Shown piece after piece: positions 19,890 through 31,800 of a DNA stretch of 64,000 nucleotides. A model generated the notes under the pieces. That model did not search any database. It saw only the letters and a program-made list of their open reading frames with translations, and was not told the DNA's origin. Within the stretch, counting starts at the first letter, position 1. Every line of letters begins with the position of its first letter. The stretch is from Chromatiales bacterium (lineage in GTDB: Bacteria; Pseudomonadota; Gammaproteobacteria; Steroidobacterales; GCA-2729495). The DNA lies in assembly GCA_002688175.1 (NCBI GenBank), contig NZCC01000024.1, forward strand, positions 18,126 through 82,125. The letters run 5' to 3'. A program made the position numbers and the translations under genes.

Positions 19890-22800
19890 GAACTGCGCCG
19901 ATTTTTTCTTGGGATACGCGTCAGCGCGGGTACCGGATGATCTTGTCGAATCGTTTCAATAAGTACAACAAGACCCGCCACGGTCGGCGCATCAAAAAGA
20001 CCGGCCAGCGGAATTTCAAGATCCAACTGGTCGCGAATCCGGGCAATAACCCGTGTTGCGAGTAACGAGTGCCCGCCAAGTGCAAAGAAATCATCGTTTA
20101 CGCCGAGTGTCTCAAGTTGCAGCAGATCACTCCAGATCGACACCAACTCAACTTCGAGTGCGGTACGCGCGGTTTCCGGCTCCGCTACCCGTGCGCGCCG
20201 AGGGGCTGGTAACTCATGCCTTGCCAGCTTGCCACTAGTTAACCTTGGTAACATTTCCAGGCAATCAAATGACTGCGGCAACATGTATGCCGGCAATCGT
20301 TCAGCCAGTGCGGCCCGCAAATCATCCACCTGCAGCTCAACCCCCGGTGCCGCCACAACATAGGCGGCCAACCACAAATCGTCATCCCGCTGCCAGATCC
20401 TGGCCGCGCTGTCAGCCACGCCTCGTAATGCGCTCAAGGTTGCCTCGATTTCAGCCAGCTCCACGCGGTAACCGCGCACGTTAACCTGCTCGTCACGCCG
20501 ACCCACAAATACGATCTGACCATCGGGTCGGCGGTAAGCAATGTCACCGGTACGCAGGCTCGACACGGAACCTGAGCGCTGTGTATTCAAAGTTGTCTGA
20601 CCCCAATAACCCGGTGATAACCCCGTGCCACTCAGCACGATCTCCCCATACCAGCTCGACGCACCCGATTCATCAATAAGATCAACCTCAAGACCGGCAA
20701 CCGGCATACCGAGCGGCACCTGTTGCCCGTGCAACGGTGTATCGTGATCCGCCATGAACTGCAGTGCGACGGTCGACTCAGTCAACCCAAGTCCGTTCAC
20801 GAATTGCGTGCCGCGCGCAAAATACTTTCGGTACAGCTCGAAGTCTGAACGTAGCACGGGTTCGCCGCCCAGCACGACGGTACGGACTGACGACAGGTCG
20901 CACACATTGCTGCCACTGTCATAACTGCTTAGCAGATAACGAAACAGGGAAGGTGTTGCATGCATGACAGAGATCGCTGCAGTTGCCAGTTGTTCGACCA
21001 CGATCGACTGTTCGAACAGATGCTGACCACTGCTACGCACCACTAACGGGCATATTGTTGCACCGGTCAGCAAGGCACCGAAAATATCCTGAATCGCTGC
21101 ATCATAGGCATAACCCGACAACCCGCTTAACTGGTCCGACGGTCGCAGACGTAGCGCCTTACTGTAACGCCCGACCTGGATCACGACCCCGCTGTGAGTT
21201 TGCATCACCCCCTTGGGTGCACCCGTCGAACCTGAGGTATAGATAATGCACGCCAGCGTATCGGCAGCGATGTTCACAACCGGATCGCCAGCCGCTCTGC
21301 ACTCAGCTATATCGACGAGTAAAGCGGGTGACAATTGCGCCCCACACAATCCTTCTGCCTGTTGCCTGTGCTGCGGGTCAGTCACAATCGCTGCAAGGCC
21401 TGCATCGGTTGCAATGGTCGCCAGGCGGGCTGCGGGCCAGGCAGGATCGAGCGGTACCCAGGTATAACCCGCCTTCAGAACACCGAGTAGCCCGGCCACC
21501 AGCCTTTCATCGTAGCAACACAATAAACCGATGCGCGGCGGCCGCGCATCAGACGACAGTGATAATGACAATAGCTGTTGCGCAACACCGTTGGCCAGCG
21601 CATTTAACTCACCATAACTCAGTGCCGTGTCAGTAGTACGCACGGCAATGGCCTGCGGAGCCCGATGCACCTGGGAGGCAAATCGCTCAACAAGATTATC
21701 CGTCCAGTCGGGTTCCGCAATCGATACAGGCACCGTGCCCAGTTCGCTCAAGCGAACCCCCACATCCCGGGATACTGCCGTCAGTATCGTCTCATAGTAA
21801 TCAGCAAACGCTTCGATCGTGGCCACATCGAATAAGTCCGGGTTGTAGCCGAAGCCACACTGCAACTCTCCGCCACGGTCGGCAACATGCACGCTGAGAT
21901 CAAACTTTGCCGTATTGCTACTGACATTGATCGATTCAACCTCAAGACCGTCAGGTGCAAATGGATTTACCGGCTGATTATGCACAGCGAATAATGCCTG
22001 CACGATCGGGTTATAACTACGACTGCGCCGTGGCCGTAATACTTCAACCAGTTTTTCAAAAGGCAGATCCTGATGCGCATAAGCATCAAGTGCCGTTTGC
22101 TTGACCCGACCGAGCAATTCACGAATGGTCGGATTCCCGTCAACAGAGGCACGAATCACCAGCGTGTTAACGAAGAATCCAATCAGACCTTCTAGTTCTG
22201 TACGGCTGCGCCCGGCAATCGGTGTACCGACAATGACATCAGTAGTACCGGCAAAACGTGCCAGGGCAATATCGAATGCGGCCATCAACACCATAAACAA
22301 CGTACAATTTTCTGCCCGACCGACACCATGTAACGCTGCGGTCAGTCCGGCCGGTATGGTTAGCTCAAACCAGGCACCCGCATGAGTCTGCAGTGCCGGA
22401 CGCGGCCGATCGATCGGCAACTCAAGCAGTTCCGGCGCCTCTGCCAGATGGTTGCACCAGTAATCAGTCTGGCGTGCCAGTTCAGTGCCCGTCAGCCATT
22501 TTCGCTGCCAGATCGCATAATCTGCGTATTGCACCGGCAACCCCGCAGAACCAGGCACCTCCCAGCCCGGCACCTCGTCGCACCGATAGGCGTTATAGGC
22601 CTGAGACAATTCATCAAACAACACCGACAGCGACCAGCCGTCAGCAATAATGTGGTGGATAACCAGCAACAGGATGTGCTGGTCCGACTCACTCTCAAGC
22701 AGGTGTACACGCAACAGTGGTCCTGAGCTCAGGTCGAATGGCAACGCGATAAGATCCTCGAGTCGCCGGGAAGATCCGGGATACTCAACGCGTACCGACT

Positions 22801-25800
22801 TACGCCCGGCGATATGTTGCAGAGGCTCGACTTCCGGCGCCCTCTCCGGAACACCAATCGTTGTGCGCAGGCTGTCGTGCCGGGCAACGAGCGCGTCAAC
22901 GGCTTGCGATAATGCCGAACGATCCAGTGCGCCCGTCAAACGAACCGACCAATGCAAATGATAAGCCGGGTTGTCCGGTTCGAGCAGGGCAAGGAACCAG
23001 AGTCGCTGCTGCATTAATGAAACCGGCGCAGTGTAGGAAGCATGGCGCGGTAACGGATGCAGCGGTGGCGGTGCGCCGCCAACCTGCCGACCAATGGCCG
23101 CGACAAGCCCTGCAATTGTCGGGTCTTCAAATAATGCGCGTAACGGCAACTCGGTGTTGAGTACATCACGAATACGTGAAACAAGTTGCGTGGCAAGTAG
23201 TGAATGCCCGCCCCGGTCAAAGAAACTGTCATGCACGCCAATATCAGAAATACCCAGAACATCCCGATACAATTCAAGTAACACGGCCTCAACCGGCCCG
23301 GACGGCTCGACACAGGCCGTCGCATGCCGAGAAACCTGCTCCGGTACTGGCAACCTGTTTCGATCAACTTTGCCATTTGATGTAATTGGCAATGTATCGA
23401 GCTCGACAAACAATGCCGGCACCATGTAATCCGGCATCAGGCCACGCAAGGCCACGCGCAAGGCATCAATACTAATCGGCCCGGATGCAGGCACGATGAA
23501 AGCTACAAGACGGCGGTCTTTTTCAACGTTATCGATAATAACCGCTGCCGCGGCAATGTCAGGCTGACGAGACAAGGCAGCCTCGATATCACCGAGCTCA
23601 ATTCTGAAGCCGCGCAACTTGACCTGCCGATCCATGCGGCCGAGGAGGACCAGTGTGCCGTCACTGTGATAGCGAGCCCGGTCACCGGTCCGGTATAACC
23701 TGCCGCCGGGCACGAATGGGTCGGTTATAAATCGTTCAGCCGTAAGCTCCGGCTCGCCGATATATCCGCTGGCAACACCCGCACCGCCGATGCAGAGTTC
23801 ACCGGGAACACCGGGTGGCACCAGGCGTAACCCGGGATCACAAACATAAACCCGACTCCCCGCAAACGGCCGACCAATCGGTACGAAGCCTTCGTCCATG
23901 ACATGTTTTTTCATGTCTCCGAGCGCTTCAAAGAAAATGCTGTCAATCGTCGTCTCAGCCGTGCCGTAAGAATTAATCACCCGTGTATGCGGGCCGGCGA
24001 CAGTTGCCAGTGCAGCATACTCGGACCCATACCAGCTGTCTGAACCAACCGCGATCAGTCGCATGAAAGCAAGATCTGCATCAGATTGTGCAAGCCAGGC
24101 AAGCAACTCCCGCAACACGACCGGCACAAACTCGGCACAAGTCACATGCCGGTCGCGCAACAAGGCAAACAACCGTGCTGGTTCAAGCAGATCGAAACGC
24201 GGGCAAAGCACAAGGCTGCCACCGGAGCACAGTGCGCGAACCCAGTCACCGGTAAAAACATCAAAGGAAAAACTTGCCATCTGCAAATGTCGATCGTCTG
24301 CAGTCAGTGCGTAGGTATCCTGCCACGCGCTAAAGATCGCGGCGAGATTACCGTGTGTCACGGCTACCGCTTTCGGCGTTCCGGTAGACCCGGAAGTAAA
24401 CAATGCATAAGCCGGATCGGTGAGCAACGGCTGATAATCCGGACGGTTCAAGGCACCCCGCATCAGACTGACACGATCCTCATCAAGCAGGATCGTCGGC
24501 ACACTAACAAATGACAGAGCCGATGCCGCCGTCACCTGGGTAATCAGTGCCCGGGGCTGCACTACGGTGAACATGTCCGCCAGGCGTGCCGCAGGATAGC
24601 CCGCATCAAGCGGAACATATGCACATCCAGCCTTCAGAACACCGAGAACCGCAACCAACAGGTCAACCGAACGCTCAAGGCAAACTGCAATATAGGCTCC
24701 AGGCTCAATACCAAAGGCATGTAACTGGCCGGCCACACAATTTGCCTGCCGATCAAGCTCTGCATAAGTCAGGCGAATATGCTCACACTCGACAGCCAGC
24801 GCCGCGGGTTGCCGGTCGACCCAGGATTCAAACAGCGCGAGCACCGATTGCGCGTGTACTGACTGTTTACCGTCCGACTGAACATTAGAATTCTGGCCCA
24901 CGGGTGAATTCAATATATCGAGCAATACAGCTCGTTCTTCCGGTGGCCACAACGGCAATGCCGCTACCGGTGTCTCCGCTGTATCGACGATTGCATTTAA
25001 CAGGTAATCAAAGTGGGTCGCGATCTGTTCAATCGTTTGCCGGTCGAACAAATCACGATCATATTCAAAGACCAGGTCCAGTCCGTCCGCACGTTCGCCG
25101 ACATTCAAGGTCAGGTCGAATGTCGATACGCCGTGATCCTGCAAGCGTCCATTACGCATACGAACTCCGGCGACGTTCCGCGTCCGGTCAGGAATCGGTG
25201 TCATGTTAAACATGACCTGAAACACCGGCGCATGGCTCAGGGTTCGATCCGGGCGCAGCGATTCCACGAGTCGCTCGAATGGGAGGTCCTGATTAGCCTG
25301 TGAATCGAGCGTTGTGCGTCGCACACGCGTCAGTAAAGTGCTGAAGGTTGGATTGTCAGCCAGATCCGTGCGCAACGCGACGGTATTGACGAACAAACCG
25401 ATCAATCCATCAAGTTCATACCAGGACCGGCCGGCAATCGGCGAACCGACCACGATATCCGTCTGCCCGGAATAACGACTTAACAGGACATCGAATGCAC
25501 CAAGCAGAACCATGAACAGGGTACACCGATGTCGGCGCCCGAATACGCGCAACGTCTCGGCACGTTCGCCGGACAATTCACGCCATAACCAGGCGCCACG
25601 AAACATTTGTTCGGCCGGCCGTGGCCGGTCAGTCGGCAGCTCCAGAGCTGGTGGCACATCACGCAGTTGCTCAATCCAATAGTTCAACTGAGCATCGAGT
25701 TCGGGGCGCTTGATGCCTTGGCGTTGCCACAGAGAAAAATCTGCATACTGGATCGGCAACGTGGGCAATGCCGGTTCGCGACCATCGGCTATACAGCCGT

Positions 25801-28800
25801 ACAGAGTTGCCAGTTCATCGATAAAGATTCCGTTTGACAGCCCATCACTGACAATATGATGAATAACAACAAGCAGCAGAAATTTTTGTGGATCGCCCTG
25901 CAACACATCCAGACGCAGTAACGGCCCACGATCCAGAACAAATGATTGCGCGGATAACTCGGCCAGACGCCGCTCCCATTCCCGCGCATCACAACCGGTA
26001 AGATCTTCGCTGCGGATCGGTACCCGCTGATCAGGCAAAACTTCCTGATAGGGTCGACCATCGGTCGATAAGAACCGGGTGCGCAATATCTCATGACGTT
26101 GCACCAGCAAATCAACGACCGACTGCAATGCATCGAGATTCAGTTCACCGGACAGGTGAATGGTGAAGGCAATATTATATACAGGGCTATCCGGATCGAG
26201 TTCGTTCAGAAACCAGAGTCGCTCCTGGGCAAAAGACAGCGGTAACCGGTCTCCACGCTCGAACCACCCGAGCTTTATCACATCTGCAGCAGCATCAACA
26301 TTTGCCTGATTGGCCTGTTGCTGAAGGTGCTCATCAATATGTCGTGCCACCCCAACAATCGTAGGCGCATCAAAAAACTGGGCGAGATTCAGGCCAAGGT
26401 CGAAACGAGCCCGGATTCGTGCCAACAGTCGGGTAGCCGATAAAGAGTGTCCACCGCTATCGAAAAAATCATCATGCAGACCGACACGATTGAGGCCAAG
26501 GATCTCGCGCCACAGGACTGCGACAGCATGCTCGGTCTCAGTGCCCGGCGCGACGAACTCAACCGGCTGCCGCTGTTCGCCCACATCTGCCGACAGAAGC
26601 TTCGGCAAGGCCTGCAAATCAATCTTGCCACTCGGCGTTAACGGCATCCGATCTACCTCGATCAGCATGCCGGGCAGCATATAATCAGGCAAACGTGTTC
26701 TCAGGAAACTGCGTAACGCCTCCACTGGACTAATACCGGTATCCGTGAAGCCGGCATCCGCTGATTGCCAATAACCGACGAGCAACGGTTCGCTGCCGGG
26801 TCGCTGTCGAAGAACGACACAGGCATCACTGATCCCGGGATGATCACGTATAACGGTGGCGATCTCATCCGGTTCGATACGAAAACCCCGCAACTTGATC
26901 TGCCGGTCCGTACGACCAAGACACTCGAGGAGCCCGTCGGGACGATACCGCGCAAGATCACCGGTTCGATAAAGTTGTCCACTGCCACCCGCTCGGCCGT
27001 CAGTCACCGAAAAGGGGTCTGGTACAAATTGTTTGGTGTTGAGTTCAGGCTGATTCAGATACCCGGCGCCAAGACCTGCACCACTGACATACAACTCCCC
27101 GACAACACCGATCGGCACAGGCTGCAGCAAAGCATCCAGAACATAAGTACGTACGTTACCAATCGGCTTTCCGATCGGCACGATCGTTTCATCCTCGTCC
27201 CACAACGATGTATCAAAACAGGTTGCATCCCAGATTTCCGACGTGCCATAGGTATTCAGTAACGTCATGCCTGGACAGGCCCGGCGAAACCGTCGCAACA
27301 ATTCAGGGCGTAGTGGTTCGCCGCTCGTAATCCACGTGTGCAGCCCCGGCAGCCGGCGACCCAGGCGAGCATCGATATCCAATAACGCAGACAGCAGTGA
27401 CGGCACAACTACAATATGGCTAACTGTCTTGCCGACTACCTGCTCTCCCAGTCGCTCAACCAGCCTCGCCGGGTCGCTGACATCGACATCGGCAATTACC
27501 CGCAACGTCGCTCCATGCGTCAGCGGACCAAATATTTCCCAGACTGAATCAACAAAACACGGACTGGCTCGCAAACAAAAAACATCATCAACCGTGAAAC
27601 CATATTCATGCCACATCCATTCACAACGATTAACGGCCCCACCATGCAAACCGATCGCACCCTTCGGCATACCGGTTGATCCGGATGTATATAAAACATA
27701 AGCAGCATCAGCACTGTCACCCTCAATATCGGACACCACAGTATCGACACCGGGTCGGCTCCAGTCGATTTCATCAAGATGAATAGTATCGAGCGTGCCA
27801 CTGACGGAACGAGGCAGACAGCCGTCAGTAAGAATCATTTGCAGACCCGTCTGCGCAACAATAAATTGCAGACGCAGCGAAGGATAATTCGGGTCAAGGG
27901 GTACGTAAGCCGCGCCGGTTTTCAACGTTGCGATGATCCCGACGACAAGCTCCACCGAACGGCCGATACCTACCCCCACCAGGTCACCCGGACCGATACC
28001 ACGCTCGTACAGCTTGCCGGCTACCCGTTGCACACGTGCAGCAAGTTCACGATAACTAAGCGACTTATCATCATCAATAAGTGCAATTGCATCGGGGCTG
28101 CGCTCAACCTGCACTGCAAATCGCTCATGTAACTTGCCCGGCCCGGGATAATGACGACGTGTGTCATTCCAGTCGACAAGTATCTTGCTGCGCTGCCCGG
28201 GTTCAAGTAACCCAAGGCTGCCAACGAGTATCCGGGGGTCGCTGACAATTCCACGTAACAGCCTGGCATAGTGCGCCGGTATTGATCTGGCAAATGCATC
28301 GTCAAACCGCGCTGTCGAATAGCCGACATAACCACGTATTACACCGTCGTCCCCAAAATCGGAAACCGAGAATTCGATATCCCAGTACGAACTACGCGAG
28401 GTATTAAGTGTTTCCAGACCGAATCGCAGTTCGCCCCCCTGCCGGGTACGCTCGAACGCATCCTCATACAGGAACAGGATCTGAAACAACGGGTGTTCAC
28501 CAAAACGTCGCCGTGGATGCAATGCTTCCACGACACGTTCGAAAGGGACACCGGCATGTTGCAAAGCTGCCAATGCTGACGCCCGTTCGCGTACCAGCAC
28601 ATCAGCAAAAGATTCACCATCGGCCAGCTGGTTACGGAACATGACATTATTGACGAGGCACCCAACCATGTCTTGAGTCATAGCGGTATCGCGCGAGGTC
28701 ACAGGCGAACCGATCACGATGTCATGCTGACCGGAGTAACGCGTCAACAAAACCCGAAATGCGGCCAGCAATGTCATAAAAAGAGTTGCGTTTGACTGCC

Positions 28801-31800
28801 GTGACAACGCACGCACGCTATCCGCTGTCGCAGCATCGATGACAAAACCAATTCTGGATTGATTCCCATGCCACTGATCCTCGGCAACGGTAACTGCACG
28901 TGATGGCAATGCCGTGCGGTCCGGCGCATCCTGCAGTGCGCCACGCCAGAAATCCAGATCCCGTTCCCAGCCGTCACCATGCGACTCGGCGCGCTGGTGA
29001 ATCGAATAATCGCAATACTGCATCAGCGCAGGCAAGGGCTGATCAACTTCCCGGTAACCGGGCGACTCGTACCGCTGGGCAAGTTCATCACGAATGATCC
29101 GGATCGACAAACCATCTGCGATGATGTGATGTGCATTGACGAGTAACTTTGAATGCCGCGCCGACAATTGATACAGGCATGCATTAATCAGCGGACCGTT
29201 GGTCAGATCATAGCTCGTGCCAATAGCCGCCTGCGCCGCCGCCATAAACTGAGTAGCACCATTATCACCGTTGGTCGGGCTAAGTATGCTGACCGGAATC
29301 GACACGCTCTTGTGCGGCAAAACAACCTGCCGGACACCGATATCGGTTTCACGAAATACCGTTCGCAACACTTCATGACGTTCCAGTACAGCGTTCCAGG
29401 CCAACTCAAGCTGCTTGATATCGACCGACCCATCCAGCGGGATAACAAATTGCTCGTTAGAGCCGGTCATTGATGGATATAACTGATTTAAAACCCAGAA
29501 GCTTTGCTGTTGAAAAGACAGTGGCGCATCGTCATTTCCCGGGACGGGACTACTATCGACACTGTCGGCGACCGATGCATCACCCGAGTAGCGCACCGCA
29601 ATGGCGGTGCCATGATGCTCGCGCAGGTATTGACCAAGCCCGGCAACGGTCGGCGCATCAAATAAGGCAATCAACATGACAGCATCATCGAGCAGGCGTT
29701 GCAGTGCGCTCGTCATGCGAACTGCAGAAATTGAATCCCCACCGAGATCAAAGAAATTATCCTGGATACCAATATTGTCGACATGCAACATGTCCTGCCA
29801 AAGCGCGACCAGATCACGCTCCAGGTCATCACGGGCCGGCTCACCCGGCACATCTGAATTTCGCTCAGGTGCCGGCAGTGCCTGTCGGTCAAGTTTGTGG
29901 TTACTCGTCAGCGGCAATTGTTCAAGTTCAACCCATGCTGTCGGCAGCATATATTCCGGCAACCGCGCAGCAAGCCAGTGGCGTAATGGTTCATGCGCCA
30001 AACTGTCACCATCCGGGTGGTCGCTCGCCTCGTGCCACAGTGCCCGGTACAGTGGTGTACTGTTAAGCGCCGTTTCTTCGACCCGTGATCGATATTCGAA
30101 GTTTGCCTGCTGCCCATTATCGGTCGCGAATGAGGTTGCAACCCGATAGTCCGGATGAATACTAGGCACCCCGGTTATAGAATCGGCAGCCGGAATCCCG
30201 ATCGACCATTCAACCTCGATCGTGTCACCCTCATTTACCGGCACACCAAAAAGGTCACCGGTTTCACCCAGCGGGAAAAATACCGGTAACCACGCACGCT
30301 GAGTGCGACGATAATTCACATCAGTGTCGCCGCCTGTGGTAACCACGGTCCAGACGAGGTAACCATCGAGGCGGGCATCGCGAGCAATTTTCAGCCGGGC
30401 ACTACCGTGCGATGCGTCAGCTAACTCCCTGGTGAAATCAAGATCTTCGAAGACATGTGCAGCAGAAATAATCGCTGCTTCAGGCAAATCACTGATGCAC
30501 AGCCGGATATCGAAACGGCGGTCGAACCGGTCGAATACCTGCTCCGCATAGCGACTTGCCACAGGGCTGAAGGCCGGATCGGCAATAAGGCTTGCAGGCA
30601 ATTCAACGGCCGCAATTAGTGTGCGGCAATGTGCCGGCACCGGTACGCAGTCAGGAGCAAAATGACGCCGGGCACTATTCCAGATCGGCACAATGCCATC
30701 CGCACTGCCAATATTACCGATGATACCCTGGGTGCAGACATCAACTCGTTCAGGTAAATCAACTGATGCCATATCGCCCTGCATGACGATAATTCGGTCA
30801 GCCAGCCCCTGATCATTTATTAAAGTACGTGCTTTGCGATACGCATCTTCAAGTATCTCAACGGCGTATACTTTATGGGCACCGGCATCAATACACATAC
30901 GCGCCAATAGCGCATGCTCACCGGTGCCGATATCCAGCACCACCTTACCGCGCACCGAACGGTCAAATGCTTCGCGATAACTCTTTAGCCTCTCGGCTTC
31001 CGAACTCATCAGGTCGTAAAGGAATTCATCGTACAGTTGATAAGGTCCGACCGATGGCCAGAATTCGGGACGAGTAGCCGGCTCCGGTAACAACCCTGCA
31101 TGCGGAACGACATAGCCAACCAGCCTGGGCTCCCCGCCGTAATCAGATCGCAGGGCAACCGCAGCATCATCGATAGCGGGATGCTCCCGCAACACAGCTG
31201 CAATTTCGCCAGGCTCGATCCGGTAACCACGCAACTTGATCTGCTCATCCGTACGGCCGAGAAATTCAAGTTCACCCTCTGATGTCAGACGTGCCCGGTC
31301 ACCGGTTCGGTACCAGCGTGTCGCCTGGCACCCATCGATACTTATGGTGATGAATCGCTGACTGGTCTGCTCCTCCACACCAATATAGCCCCGGGCAACT
31401 GACGGCCCACCAACGAACAGTTCGCCGGCCTGACCGGTCGGTACCGGCAGCCATTCCTGATCGGCACATTCTTCACTAATAATCACCAGCTCAGCATGCG
31501 CCAATGGCCGGCCGACGCCGACTGCGACTCCCGCGCTCCGGTCTGCGGTTTCACAGGCCGCAAAGGTCAGCTGCCCGGCCGTCTCGGTAATCGCATAGGT
31601 GTTGACGATGCGCGGCTCAGCATCGCCGTGCTGCCGGAACCAGCGTTGCAACGCCTCTGTATCGACAGCCTCCCCGCTCAGCACCACACAACGTAGCGCA
31701 GTAGCTGCAATACCGTCAGCGAAAATATCGGATAACAGATTCTGCCGGAATGCGGATGGAGTCTGGCTCATCATCGTCACATGTTGCGAGCACACCAGCG

